A DNA stretch of 64,000 bases from Amphiscolops sp. MND2022 (lineage: Eukaryota), in NCBI GenBank assembly GCA_964187785.1, contig OZ076409.1, forward strand, positions 3,412,001-3,476,000, given 5' to 3'. Positions 22,907-36,620 of this stretch are shown piece by piece. Position numbers and translations under genes: made by a program. Positions within the stretch are counted from its first letter, which is position 1, and each line of letters begins with the position of its first letter. Under the pieces are notes generated by a model, which searched no databases, was not told where the DNA came from, and saw only the letters and a list, made by a program, of their open reading frames with translations.

Positions 22907-24405
22907 TAAGTATGATATCTTAAATCAACAAGGTAATTAACTGGAATTTTATCGTAACATTGTTCAGCGATAAATAAAAGAGAAAGGTGATGAGGACAAT
23001 CATAGAACCAGGCTGTAGAGCCATCGACATATAGAAAATTACTACGATTTCGAGTTAAGAGGAAACCAGCAAGTTGTGCATTTTTGACAGACATTGCAAA
23101 AATTGTTAAGAGTTGAGTGCGTTCGACTTCACAAATAGTATGAAGAGTATCAAGTTCAGCAACAGACATACTTTTAAATACCTCGGTAATAGAATATCCA
23201 ATTTTGGTATTAATGTGAGCTCATAATCAATAGTGGCAAAGTTATTAGAAGAGTTTACAGCAGGAAAAAGAAACCTGTCTTGAGTATGGATTAATTTTCC
23301 AAAATTAGTAAGATGAAATTAGATGAAATTAGTTGGGTGGTGAGTTGATCATATTGTTCATTTTGAGGGAGTTGAAGAGGGTTAGGTTTACCAGTATGCA
23401 TGTTAAAACCTTCATTATATGTGATAAAGAGGTCAGGGTATTGAGTAGTATATAAAGGAGTGGGTTTGTTACAAAACATTTTTTTTCGGTGAAAATTTCA
23501 AAACGAGAGAGGCGGGTTTGAGATTTACTATCATGATAAGGAGTGTCAGATGAAAAATTAGAGGAGTGATTGTTAAAAAAGTCTTCAGTTTCAAGCCAGT
23601 AGCGGTTATTGAGTTTAGACATTCGTCCAACAAAAGAATGAATTGAGAAGATTAAACAGAGTTCTTCAGGGAACCAAACAAGGGTGAAGAATGTTAAAAT
23701 AGTGGGTTTACAAAAACCATCGTCATGGAGACAGGGTAAGGTGTGTCCATGATAATTGAGTTTTTTATCTTTGTCATCATAGGTGATTTCAATTTCTTTT
23801 ACAATGAGAGACCAGCTATCTTTTTCAATAGTGTATTCTTAGCGGTTCCAACAAACAGTTTTTTTAGAAGTAGAGTTTAAAACTAATTTGGAATTGGCGA
23901 TGTTTTTGACTATCATTGAAGAATGTAAAGGAGTTGGTGTAATTAAAAGTATCGAGTTGAGGATTATTAGTTCCATTCAAGTGACGGATATCAAGTTTGC
24001 ATTCCGTAGGGTCAAGAGTGCGAGGGCGTTCTATAGTATTCTGATGGTAATCAGTACGATCATGACGACGGTATTTTTAATCGGATTGAGCACAGACAAT
24101 TTTCCACGTTTAACGTATGCTTCTCAGGTCCAAGCTTTGAGGCGTTCAGCTTTTGCACGGACAAAAACATTTACAAAACCGCGAGTACTTTCAAATGAGG
24201 AGGGAGCTTGAGAGCAAGGTTGAAATCGAGTTAGACTAAATTGTCGCAAGTTGTGTTGTTTGGAGCAATCATAATGAGAAATTAAAAGATCAGAAATGTG
24301 AGGATCATTTGAATCAACATGGTCAGAGGAGGAGTCAGTGGAGGAAGTGATTGGAATAAAACAAAGGAGGAAGTAGGAGAGATAGTAAAGAACGCGAGGA
24401 GTCAT
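22907..24405 (-). pseudogene. env-like glycoprotein resembling chuvirus / herpes-gB class III fusion proteins, frameshifted and 3'-truncated
   Basis: Signal peptide MTPRVLYYLSYFLLCFIPITSS, then in order: ISHYDCS..FSL...C; LPCLHDDGFCKPT..TLVWFPEELC; FCNKPTPLYTTQYPDLFI; ICEVERTQL..LAGFLL..VDGSTAWFYDCP..CYDKIPV. Located downstream of integrase. Confidence 0.72.
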
Positions 24406-26099
24406 AGTTAAAATTGGGCAGTATATTTCAAGAAGGTGAGAGTGTTAAGAAAAGTGATAGAGCCGTGTAAAAGACGAAAGGGAGGATGGTCGCTTACGAA
24501 AAGACTAAGAAAAGTGGCAATGAACGGACGAGGCAAGGATTTAAAATTGACAGCAGTGTGACAAGGAATTGAATTCGGCTTAAATTATGGAATTTAGCAG
24601 TAATTTCAAATTTCTAGATTTGTGTTATCAAGACGGTGAAATTCTTTACGGTGACGTTCATTTGAAATATTAGGATTCGAATTAAGTTTTTGAGTGGCAA
24701 GATATAGAAATGTAGGATCTAAACGAGGACTGTTAATAGGAGTATCGTTGACAATTAAAGGATAGTCAACACGATTAGGTGTACGGGGGAGTATAGTACT
24801 GATCAGTAGTTAGGTCAATATGAAGCAAATGACTATCAGATGAAGGAACACTAGGGTTTTGAGAAATTGGTCGAGAAAAGAGATGACCAGTTTCGTTATA
24901 AGATGAAAGAGAGGAGCGTTGAGAGAAAGCAGTATCAGAAGTTGGAGAGTTATCAGGAATCGAAAGAGAGTCTGTTGAAAGAGATTGAGCGTGATGGCTT
25001 AAAAGAGACGAGTTTGTACTTGCGAGAGAAGGAGTAGGACGACGATTATTACGGAGATTATATCTATGACGAGGTGGCTGGCGAATGGTGGATTCAGAAG
25101 TGGTTTCGAGAAGGTTATCTAAAGAAGAAGTAGTGTATTTAGAAGCGGAAGTGGAAGGAGGAAGACGCGGATAAAGGAGAAAGGAAGTTGTTGAATCAAT
25201 TTCACTGATATCAGTTTTTTTTTGAAGGGAATCAAACAATTCAAGTGCAGGAATTTTAAGGGATTTAGGTGGAGGGAGTGAAAATTGAGATGGGAGATGT
25301 GAACAAGGTGGAGGAATTGGAAGAGTTATCAAATTGAGAACGTCTACGAAAAGACTTGATGGAAGTAGTAATGAGAATAGATTTAGGTGCAGTTGGATTA
25401 TTAAAATGTCTGAGTAAGAGAGGATCAATATCACTAGGATCAGGAATATGAAGAAGAGAGGGAGGTGGAGAATGTGTGGGGGTTATGTTAAAAGGAGATA
25501 GAAGAAGTTCAACATCAGAAAGGGGAAGAGTTAAAGAAGTTTGAGTTTGTTGGGGAACTGACGTTTTAATAGGAGTATGGTTAGGAGTGTTGATGGGAGT
25601 GGTATTCAAAGAGGGAGTTACGGGTATATGGTTGAGAGGAGGTTGTCGGAAAATTTGTAAAGAATTTTGTGAGGAGGAGATAAGATCAGTAGAAAATGAA
25701 CAAGAGGTTTGATAAGTAGAATCCGTGGAGTCAGACAAAAAGACAATAAGATCCAGGATGAAAACAAAGAGAACGGTAGTGTATAATAATAGAGAGTGGT
25801 AAGGGATGGACAAAGATTGGTCACTGATTTGTACAAGAGTGTAGTTATGAATTTTAAAGACAAAATTGAAAATGATATTAGTTTTGTTTCGATGGAAGCA
25901 ACCGTTCAGCTAGAATTCGTGAACGAGAAATGGAGAACAGTTGTTAGGAAACTGTTCGTAATTGCATTGTCAGATGTCAGACTGAATAAAAGTCAAGACT
26001 AGGGACGAGGAAATAGGTTCATCAAGGGATGATTGGAAAAAGGTGTTAAGATCTTGAGTACTATAGTGTGTATGAAGGGGTAGAGAATCACAGTATGTT

Positions 26100-26760
26100 G
26101 CTATACAGGTGTTAGAAGAGTCACGAGATAAATTAAGAGAGAAGGTTAAAGGAATGCGAGGATGGGTATGGAAAACAATCTGATAAGGGGGGAGTTTAGG
26201 TTGAGAGAGGGGAGTAGTATTATGGGCGTAAGCCTACATTTGAGTTTGAAATGACCAGTTGGTAGGAGGGTTTTGTCAAAAAAGACGTAGATGAGTGCCA
26301 AGGTTACGATTTTGGGGCTCAACTAAACCATTTGTCCAGGGAAAGTATGGAGTACGAGGTGAGTGGTTAATATGGAAAAGAGAGCATAAATGGGCCATAT
26401 CTTTATATATTCAGTATACATTCAGGTTTATATATTCAGTACCTCTGTCAGTAACGAGATAATGTTGGGTTCCAAATTTTTTAATCCAATGATGAAGAAG
26501 AGTTTGAATTGCATATTTAGAGGTAATATGAGGAGCTGGGATAGTAACAAAAAAGTGGCTTAAGCATCAATGATAACAAAAATATATGAGGTATTATGAG
26601 AGAAGTAGAAATGGGTGCTTCACTGTCCATTGAAATTCGGTAATTAAAACGAGTAGCAATTCCATAAAATGGTAGAGGAGGAGAAATATTTTGAGGTTTA
26701 ATAGGAAAGTGTTTATTTGTTTGACATTCATTTTGGAATTGTCGATAGTTAGTGTATAAA
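26100..26760 (-). pseudogene. Integrase core of copy B (frameshifted)
   Basis: Fragments RISMD, YIFVIIDA, LVTDRGTE and TPYFPWTNGLVE.QNR (D,D35E context). Confidence 0.8.
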
Positions 26761-27056
26761 GAGTTTGCTTTAATAACTGGAGTTAAAGAATGAGGTCATT
26801 GTTTTTGTTTTAACCATTTATAGACAATGGAAAGGACAGTATCAATCTTTTGAGCTTGAAGCAGAATAGGTAGTGTTAGAAGAGTATCCGAAGGGAGAAA
26901 GAAACTCTCAAATGCTTTACATTGAGCAAAAAAGGATGGGCCAAAGAATGGTAAAGATTGAGTAGACGTAGATTTAATAGGGGTTTGGGTTATAGCATTA
27001 GTGTTAGTAGTGTTGATAACATTAGAGGAGGAATTGGTAGTACTGGTTAGAATGTC

Positions 27057-28900
27057 TTAGGGCAAGTTAATATCAATAAAATTGTGGTTTTGTATTTCAG
27101 CGAGAAGGGTGTGAAGATCTTGAGATTTTTGTGAATCTTGTGTAGGGATTCGTTTATCAACGGGATCGTCAGTTTCATATAAATCAGTTTCACTTAAAAG
27201 AGGATTTTCTTGAAGTAAAGTTTTAACTTTATTCTTGATATGCTTTTTATATTTATTTAAAAATGATGAAACAGATTGAAAAGAGAAGGAATCAAGAGGG
27301 GTATATTCAACAATATTTCCTTTATCTTGGATACGGAGTGTAAATTGATCATCACCATATTCAACTAAGATGAGAAGTGAATCATTTTTTTGTGTAGGGA
27401 GTACATCTTCATGTTTGACTAAATAATGAAATAGTTTTAAGATGTTATCATTTTTGAGATGAAGAAAATCGATGTGTGGAGGAAGGGTTTTGTGTTGAAG
27501 TTGGCATGTTTTGTTATTATTAGCTGAAGACCTTCTACTGAGCATGTAAGCAACAGTGAGGTTTGTACCGGCTGTACGAATAATTTGTAAGTTGGAGAAT
27601 TTGGTTAGTAGCATTTGAGCTTTATATTGTCTGGGAGTAAGGTTACATTTAAGGGTAAAAAGGAAAAGAATGGGGTTGTGATCTGTGGAGATAATTATTG
27701 GAAATTTAGAACCAATTAATATAAATTCATATTGAGAAAGAGCAAAAGTAATGGCACAGAGTTCTCTGTCATATGTAGAGAGTTTTTGTTCTTGAGTTGT
27801 TAAAATACGAGAGTTGTAAGAAATTACTTGCATTTTATTGTTAGAGTTGGGTTGAAATAAGACTGCGCCTAGACCAATTAGGGAGGCATCAACGGTTATA
27901 TAAAAAGGGTGAGTAGTATTAGGAATAGCCAGTTCTGCGTCTTTAGAAAAGAGAGAGTTTATTTTGGTTAAAAAGTTTATCAAGATCAGGAGTCCATTCG
28001 AAGGAAACATCTGCATGGAGGAGAGTGTACAAAAGTTTCAAGGAAATGTGTAGTTTGTTAATAAATTTGGACTAAAAGTTCATTGATCCGATAAAACGCA
28101 TCAATTCGGTTCCAGAAGTTGGTGTTTTTAATTTATGGATTCCATCAGCTTTAGAAGAGACGGGTTTAATAGTTTTGTGACCAATTTCATGTCCAAAAAC
28201 TTTGACAGTGAGAAGAATATAAAATGACTTTTCAGGAGCAAATTTAAGGTTGTTGGAGTGACAAACTTGATGTAAGTGTTCAATTAAATCTAACATATGA
28301 GTTTTTGTATGGGCAAGAACAAGAATATCATCGATGTACACAAGTGCAAAGCCTTGATCGATGAAATTTTGAAAGAATGAATACATTTGTTTTGTGAAAA
28401 AATTGGGCAGACCTTTAAGGCCATGAAAACCTCGAGTAAAGGCATAAAGTTTATCTCCAGATGAGAAACTAGTTAAGGGTATAGTTTCTTCATCTAAGGG
28501 GGCATGAGCATAAGCGTACATGAGATCAATAGCTGATTTAAATTTTCTGTTAGCGCGTGCAAGTTGAGGAGCTAAAAGTTCAATAGATTCAAAAGATTGA
28601 TCGGTGTTAGGGTTTAGATGTCTTGCGTCTAGGACGACTTTCATAGTATCTCCTTTGAGGATAATTATGAGAGGATTTAAAAATGTGGTACCATAAATGG
28701 ATATATCAGACGGAGTAGAACCAATTTGGCAAAGAATATTGTGTTTTTCTAATTCATCTAGGAGTTTTTTGAGTTTTTCTCTGTAATGGATAGGAACTTT
28801 GGTATGTGTTTGGGTTAGGAGTTTAGCATTAGATTTGAGGCGAATTCGAAAACGAGTAGCTATTTGACCAACGTCATTTTTGTGTGTTGCATATCAATTT
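27057..28900 (-). pseudogene. RT and RNase H of copy B
   Basis: ORFs 28072-28644 (ALVYIDDILV) and 27057-28016 (YITVDASLIGLGAVL, STYDRELCAI, STDHNPI). Confidence 0.92.
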
Positions 28901-29599
28901 CTGTATATAACAAGAAACGAGCAGAGTTTTAAATATTCTTCATCAGTTACATAGGAATTTTGGAATCTAAATTTATTGAGGAATTGTTGAGTATCAGGTG
29001 AATATGGCAATGAGGGGAGAGGACGGGTTAATATTTGAGATGGTTGTAAATTATGAATTTCAACAATAGGTTTGCAAAGGGAAGAACGACGGAGAGGAGG
29101 TTTTGGTTCAGATAAATCTGGATTTTATGAAAAAAATACGGTGTGTAATAAAGAGTTTACATCATTAACTTTGCAGTGGAGAGGTTTTATATTAGTGGCG
29201 GGACTTCAATGTATCCAATGTATCCGGGGGTAAGAATGGCAGAATGATGAGTGATATTTTGAATAATAACGGAACAACTAGTAGGTTCAGTTTTAATAAT
29301 TTGATATACCTGGAGAAAATTAAAGCTAGAATTAAAAGAATGCGTGAGGTGTAGAAGGAAATATAAATTCATTATCAGAAATTTGAAAAGTTAAAGGAAA
29401 AGTTGGTTGGATTGGAAAATGACTAACTTCAGAGGTGTTTGGTTTAAAATAGATTTTATTTTTAACTTTGATGGTGTATATGTAAGGGAAATATGGATAA
29501 TCTTTTTTCAATGAGCTATAAAAAGGAGAGTGTTCACACGAGATTCATCAGTTGTGTTAAACGTGTTAAATGTAAAAAGAGAGACATATTTTCAAATTT

Positions 29600-32500
29600 A
29601 AGGGTTTCAACGTACTTTTCAAAAAAAGAGTTCCATGAATATTGTATTTGATATTTGCTACTGCAAATGGAATAACAAGTGTGCGAGTACTTCCAAGAAT
29701 AGAAGTATGAAGGGTGAGGATGACATTGTATAAAATAGGTACTTCAGTTTTATTAGCGACAGTTAAATGTTTGAAATCATCTTTATGAGGAGAAAGTCTC
29801 GAACATTTTAAAAAGTGATCGGCTAAAATTGTAAAGGTGGGTAAGTTTAAAACACAGATAGATGCACCACTATCAAGTAAAAATAGGAGTTCTAATTTAG
29901 AAGGGAGCGAAGTATCTTCACTGGGTTTGATAATTTATAAATTAACAAACCAAGTTGAAGGTGTAATAGCGATAGAATGTTCAGTTGAGAGTGAGGAGTA
30001 TTGTGAGGCAGAAGAAGTGGGGTGGTACATATTAATTTCAAAGTTGGGTTCTGTAGAAAGATTACTTTGAAGAGGTGGTGTAGATGGGTGAGTAAGATTA
30101 ACAGAGGGGTTATATTGAAAATTAGAGTAGTTTTTTGAGTTGGAATGTGGTCTACTACGATAGCGATCGTTACGTGGTTTAGAAGGAGGGCGGTAAGGAG
30201 AGTTGTATCGCCTAAAAGAAGAGTTATTATAACTAGAGGAGCGTTCACGGAGACGAGGATAATATTTAGATGGACTACGAGAAGAGGTAGAATTAAAATA
30301 TGGACGTGAAGAAGAAGAGTAAGATTTGTGGGGGTTTTGGTTATAATGTTTGTCATATCTAGATCGATCACGGTTGTAATAAGAAGAGTAATTATGAGAG
30401 TGAGATTTATCATTGTATCTAGGACAAGAATGCGAGCGCGAGTAAGAACGAGATTTATATCGGGTGTCACGAGAAGATCTACGGTAAGGATTACTATGAC
30501 TTCTACTACGGTAGCGAGAATATTGAGGTTTATTAGAGGGTGTTTTAAAATATTGATAAAAAGAGTTGGAGATCGAGATGGTGGTTTAGATTCTTTAAGC
30601 ATATTGAGTCTACGAAAGCAGGTTGAAACGGAGTGATTATTTTTGTGGCAAAAGGAACAATATTATTTAAATTGGGGTTTAGTTTTATTATCAGGATCCA
30701 CTGCTTGAAATTGTGGGGTTTCCGGAGGAGTACCTTAAATAGTTGTATTTTGTTGAAAGGTGTTTGAAAGATTATTAATTTCAAGAGAAAGTTCTTGAGT
30801 TTTAGTTTTTTCAAGTGTGATGTCTTCAGAGTCAACCATATTAACAAGAGAGTGAGAAGGAATAGAAGGTTCGAGGGAACTTGAAATGTGCCTAACTTGG
30901 CGTTTATTGGCAAAATCTTTTAATTTTTTAGGGAGACCACGGGTGAATTTTTCATTGCATTTAAGGTTATTAGAGGATGGGTATTCATTGTAGCAGCCTT
31001 GTTTGACAAAGGTGTCGACTTTGAGGGCGTAGTGACGAACATTTTGATTGTTCTTTTTGACAAGGGAAAGAGCTTCAATTTGAGCATGGTTTGCGTGTTT
31101 TTGAGAATAGAATTGTTTGCTAAAAATTTGGAGGAAGGATGACCAATCATCTTTATATACTCGTGGGAGGCGATCATACCAATTAGAGGCAGTTCCTGTT
31201 GAAGTACAACAGAGGAGAGATATACGGCGAGAATGCCAGGTTAAATATGATTGGAGATCAATAGGTTGGGGACCAAGTTGAAACGTTACACGAGCACTAA
31301 GATGGGCTAAAAATTTTTTCAGGAGGATAAGTGTGATCTAAGCCATCAAAAAGTTTCATAGGGTCTGAGAGAGCGGCAAAGGGAACAGAAGGAGTCATTT
31401 GAAAATGCGGAGAAGGTAAGAAGAAGGAGGATTAAAGGATAATGAAGAGTTTGATGGTGGAAGAAGATTAGGAGGAGTATTAGGAGGTTGAAAGAATTTG
31501 TGGGAAAAGTTTGAAATCCAGGGTGGGTGAAGTGAGACATAGGGGTTATGTGATGTAGACGGAAGACTAGAGGTAGTAGGTTGGGAAATAAAAAGATTTG
31601 GCGGTATAGATACGGATAATGGTGGTTTTGAATAATTAAAGAAGGATTTTGGGGGAAATAAATTGGAGAATTTCGAGTTTGGGGTTGAGTAGAAAATGTT
31701 TTTTTCAAAGAAAGAGGGATTGGAGGTATGGTTGGAATTTGGTAAACTGGAAGTTGTGGATTATTGGAAGGAATCACAGGTGGAGTGTAGGAAAGAGTAG
31801 TATACTGATTGAGGGTATGAGAAGTAGAAAGGTTTGCAGTGGTTGTGGTAGTTTGAGATGTAGACGGAGGAACATTTTGATTAGTAGTAGGGTTTGTATG
31901 AACTATTACATTTGAAGAGGAGGAAAGAGTTTGAAGAAAAACGTTTGAAGTGGTGTCGATGGAAAGGGGGAGAGGGTTTTGTTTTGCATAAGGACGAATA
32001 GGAGGGGGAATGTTAAGACTTTTATCAATACTATTGGATTCATTGGTGATGTAGGCAAAACGGGAAGGAGGAAAATCGAGAAGAATAAAAAAACTGAGGA
32101 TGTTGATTGTCAGAGTTATCGATAAAAGGTAAAAGTTCATCGTTAGTAAATTGTTGGGGGAAATTGATACAAGCTGATTGAAATTTTGAGTGCCAAACTA
32201 GTTGGTATTTATGTCAAAAGAATTTTCTAAGAAAAAGAGTAGATTTGAATTTGTTCTTTTGTACTTATATTGAGAGTAAGGTTTTGAAAAAATTGATATT
32301 CAAAATGATGAATTTGGAGAATGTCAGTAGTAAGCGAGTGGTGAGGGTTATTTTCAATAGTGCGGAATTGTTCAAAATTAGGAAGGTCAAAAAGAGATTC
32401 TTTTTGGAGAAGGGTTTGGATTGAGAATGGGTTAAAAACATGTTTGGGTAAAAGGTTATTTTTTTCATGGAGACTATTGAGAAAGGTGGTAAAGACATTC

Positions 32501-32871
32501 GCAATGGGAAAATCAATATTATGGGGATGGATGTTTTTTCTGAAGGTATCAGAATGGTTTATGGGAGGAGTGAAAGTAATAGAAAATGGAGGTTCATCAG
32601 GAGTTTCAACAAGAGAATGTGTGTCAATATAGTATAAACAAGAGTCATGACGTTCATGAATGAGGGGGATAGTATAAATATGTTCCGGGTAGGTTTCAAA
32701 AGAAAGAGGAGCGGTAGAATTATAGATGAGATTGTTAAGAAATTTGGAGAGGGTGTGAGATTGTTCACGGGTAATACGTTGGAAGGTGTTTTCGCAAACA
32801 AAAAGAAGAGGAATGAGAAGAGAAGGAGGATCAGACATTAAGAATGTCGATGAGGGAAAAAGTGTAACCAA
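29600..32871 (-). pseudogene. Gag and protease of copy B (multiple frameshifts)
   Basis: N-terminal domain homologous to copy A (APLSFETYPEHIYTIPL..LYYID), capsid fragments, CCHC knuckle, RS-rich tract and DSG protease motif. Confidence 0.85.
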
Positions 32872-33852
32872 ATACGGTCTAAGATGACGTCGGGATGAAT
32901 GGATGGTTCAGTAGGGAGTGGTTTATTATAGCGGTGTATTTTAAGGAGCATATGGTTAAAATGGAAGTAGAGAGATGGATAAAAACAGAGGAGGGAATGG
33001 AGTGGAGTTAGAAGAAGTTGGAATGATGCAAGAAAAGGTTTAGAACGGAGGAAAAGCAAATGCATACAGAAGAGGAGGAAAAGGAGGAAGAGACAATAAA
33101 AAAAGAGTAGCGGTGAAAAAGTGATATGGTTAATTATAAAGAGAAGAGGGAATAGAAGGAAAGAAGTGGTTAAATAAAAATGTGATGGGAAAGAAGGGGA
33201 TAGAAAGTTATTGAAAAAGGGAAGCGAGTATTTTCTCAATGAGAAGCATTAAGCATTAAATACCTAGACGCAGACTTAGGTATTTCTTAGCCTTAAGAAA
33301 AATTGTATTGTGATTTTAAACTGAATTCCTTTTAAGCTTCTTTGCCGAAATGGTACTTTGTTTCAAATTTATCACTGCACAAGCGTTCATTTTTATAAAC
33401 TTGTCACGTCTTGTTGACGGGTTTATCGACACACTTGGTTAGCTGCTGAGTTTGACGAGGTGCAGACGAGTTTTTGGAATGAACTTCAGCCAGCTGCGAT
33501 TATTGTGACATAGTGCTGATGTCACAGCCGTTACGACTACTAGTTACCACGGCCATTTTTGTTTGTTTAACGACATTCTTTCAATGTGCGTTCTAAATGT
33601 ATTTTTTTGTTTTAAATCAGTATATGCTCTTACTTTAGAAACTATTATGTCCTTAATTTCTATTTAGATTGGCTTATTGTTTTTTAGAGTTTTGTGTTAG
33701 TCCAGTTTCAGGCTGAGAATGTCTATAAATTGGCGTAGCACAAGCATCTTGGCGGAATTGTGTCGAAACTTCTTTCAATCTGTCCAGTTTTGGTGTTCAT
33801 TTCCGTTTTAGATGTGTTCAATTTTGGCATTCGTTTTCATTTTTGAATTCGT

Positions 33853-34340
33853 CTGAGAGTAGTCATTTACTCTTTAATTAAGTCACTGTTTATTGTATTT
33901 GGCCAAAAACTTTGTTTTAAAAGTTGAAAACCCACTCTGGGAGCCTTGAGCTTCATCCGTGGCCTTTTCCGAATCCTATTCTCGCACATCCACAAACCAG
34001 TCCGGGCGCGTACTGTGACAGATGTCATTATCATCCATACGCGAGAATGTTTCAATGCTGATGACGCTGAAATTGTATATTAGAAGCTTGAATCGTTGTT
34101 GTGTTAAAATGTTGTTCTCAATTTTGTCATTCATTTTCTTTTTTACGTTCGGCTGAGAGTTGTCACTTACTATATCGTTAAGTCACAATTTATTTTATTT
34201 TTTTAGAACGTTTGTTTTAAAAGTTGAAAACCCACTCTGGGAGCCTTGAGCTGCTTTCGTGGCCTTTTCCGAATCCTATTCTCGCACATCCACAAACCAG
34301 TCCGAGCGCGGACTGTGACATGTGCCGTGGTTATCATCCA
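33853..34340. repeat. Imperfect tandem duplication with 300-bp period
   Basis: TTTAAAAGTTGAAAACCCACTCTGGGAGCCTTGAGC...CACATCCACAAACCAGTCCG occurs at ~33916 and ~34216. Confidence 0.9.
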
Positions 34341-35099
34341 TAGAACGAGAAATTGTTTATTAGAACCATGGGTCGTTGTTGTGTTAAAGTGTTGTTGTCA
34401 TTTGTTGTTCGTGGTTGTGATGCTCAATTGTTTAACAGACGGTAAGTCACCGCTGTGTCCCTGTTTATTATCGTTCAATGATGTTCTACTGATGAAAAAG
34501 TATTTTCTGCTTTACGCCAAACGTTTGAAGATTCCATTTCATTCACGTTTAAACTAGTGAAATTTTGTATGTTCAATTGTTTTTGTTGGTGAAACTACAT
34601 CCTTTTGTTGGTGTCAACTTTCATCTCATCATCGCTTCATCATTCTCCGCAACAGTTGTTCCCTCTTTAGTCGCGCAATCCATCTTGCAAGTCATCATTT
34701 TATTCTAGCTTCCTTGAGTTTCGTTGAGAGTTGACTGATTTTTCACGATTAGCGTGCCTTCATCGTCGAATTTTGAACAACTCTTAGCTTTGCCGCCACT
34801 TTGACGAAGCGTCAGGAAGTTTACTCAGATACATAACAAATTTTCCAACAAGGACGGTTAATGAATGACACAACAAGGAAAGTTAACGCCTTTTTTTGAT
34901 ACGCAAGCCTAAGGGAAATAAAATGAATCAACAAGTACTTTCAGTGAACAAGTCGGTTTTTTCGATACCTAAGAACTTATAGGCGAGGAACAAATGTTGA
35001 TGCAAAAGTAAAAATATGACTGTTTTTAGAATCCAGTCTGGATTGAACTCAAAACGATTACGTTGGAAAAGTCATTACTCTTTCAACAGTTTCTGTCTT

Positions 35100-36620
35100 C
35101 CACTTAAATGACAACTCGAAGTCAAAGATGGAGAGCTGTAGATCAACTAATTTCTAGTGAGTTTGAAATTCCCTAGAAGAAAACAAAACTAACAAAAATC
35201 CACTTCCTGGATTTAGTAAACCTTCTAAACTCCATCCTGGAAACCTGGACGAGATGAAAACGTCACTTCAAAACTTTGTCAGACTTGGCCGAAATACTAA
35301 CTGAAAACAAGAAAAGAATGTTAAAACAGATAGCCCCAGCGGTGAAGAAAACGTCCACGTTTCAAAACGTTGAAGACTCGGGCTCTGATACTTACAGTAC
35401 TTTCATTGCTCCTACATCAACTCCTGAAAGAACTAGAACGACTCTTCAAATCACCACTCCGTTAGTAAGTCGCGATATAGTGACAGGAGTTTTCAACGAC
35501 TCTACAAATCTTGGAACAAAGGAGACCAATCTATAACGCTCGCAGAACCAACTCGCAAAAGAACGCAAGACAAGCCCCATACTACTGTTTGCACTACAAC
35601 CACCAACATACTCACCCCAAGTATGCTACCAATGCAAAAAGCACTACCAGCGTCCCCCCAGTGTTCAACGACAAGTCGTTACAGTTCGTGTTGTTTGAAG
35701 ATCTAATCAGGAACAACATAAAAGTGTACCCACACCTGGTAGAAATGAAAAATATCAACTTCTTTCACTCATTGTTACGAGGCAATGTACCACAAGCATG
35801 CACTACCACTGTAACTTAAAAGACGCTTAAATAGACGAAGTGGAAGAAAAACCCACAGCGTTGAGACGGTGATTCGGTGATATCCTATCCTCTGTCAGTG
35901 CTAGATGCGCGTGGGACGCATATTGTCCTACACCTAGAATTGAGAAACGCGACTCAATAGCTTTGGTGCCCCTGACGAAACAATCTTGATACCATTAAAT
36001 TCTGTCGACAGCGACGTCAGCTCCAACAAAAATTACAGAATTAGTTTGCCTGGACGATGACCAATCGACGCAATCAGGAAAATGAAATGAAAACAAGAAG
36101 CACGAGCGACCCGATTTACTTCAACAATCAATGACCTGAAATACAATCACCCCCATCAACACAAACAGTAACGATGAAAAGAGAGGAAACCCAGAACCTC
36201 TACCAGTAGACTTAAACATCATACGGGATTTTATCCAACATGCCAAAGAAGACGACTACGTCCCGCTAAAGTCCCGCAATAACCTCAAGGAGAAAAGAAG
36301 CTTCTCGTTCCACTCAGTTCAATAGAGTTAAAAGTGACCCCATAGTTGACTCAGTTGCGTACATGAATCTCATCAACTCAATGCAAAATATAAGAAGCAC
36401 TAAAACACCTTTTCACGATCATTTATCCAAATACTTAACTCTAACAAGCCCTCGCAACCTGTACATTGAGATTTAACACAGCGACTTAACGACTGAGGTA
36501 ACTTTCATAATAATGACCAAATCATTGAACCCAATAATCGGATTAGTAGTCTTGCGCAAACACTCCGCTATACTGGACACCGCACATGGGCCCAAAAATG
36601 CAGATCGTGATGACACTCAC
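35100..36620 (+). pseudogene. Gag-protease remnant of a second Ty3/Gypsy family
   Basis: PVFNDKSLQFVLFEDLIRNNIK...INFFHSLLRGN (capsid N-terminal PxFxG...INxFHSLLRGxA pattern), a degenerate VDSxA and PIIGLVVLRKHSAILD (protease end). Many stops. Confidence 0.65.

Larger units (their letters stand above)
22907..33240 (-). mobile_element. Ty3/Gypsy copy B: gag-pro-RT-RNaseH-integrase-env, decayed, LTRs not seen
   Basis: YCSFCHKNNHSVSTCF (~30640), LLDSGASIC (~29870), YIDD (28072-28644), RNase H DAS/RELCAI/TDH (27057-28016), integrase core (26100-26760), then a signal-peptide ORF at 24405. Confidence 0.92.

Noticed and set aside
32838..33239. Hydrophobic 'membrane protein' ORFs upstream of gag (also 8941-9192 and 59718-60008)
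   Set aside because: Hydrophobicity follows from the T/C-rich strand bias, and there is little peptide conservation between copies, so a real TM protein cannot be supported.
34050..34095. CTGATGA..GAAA hammerhead-like core
   Set aside because: No complementary stems I or III and no suitable cleavage triplet could be formed.
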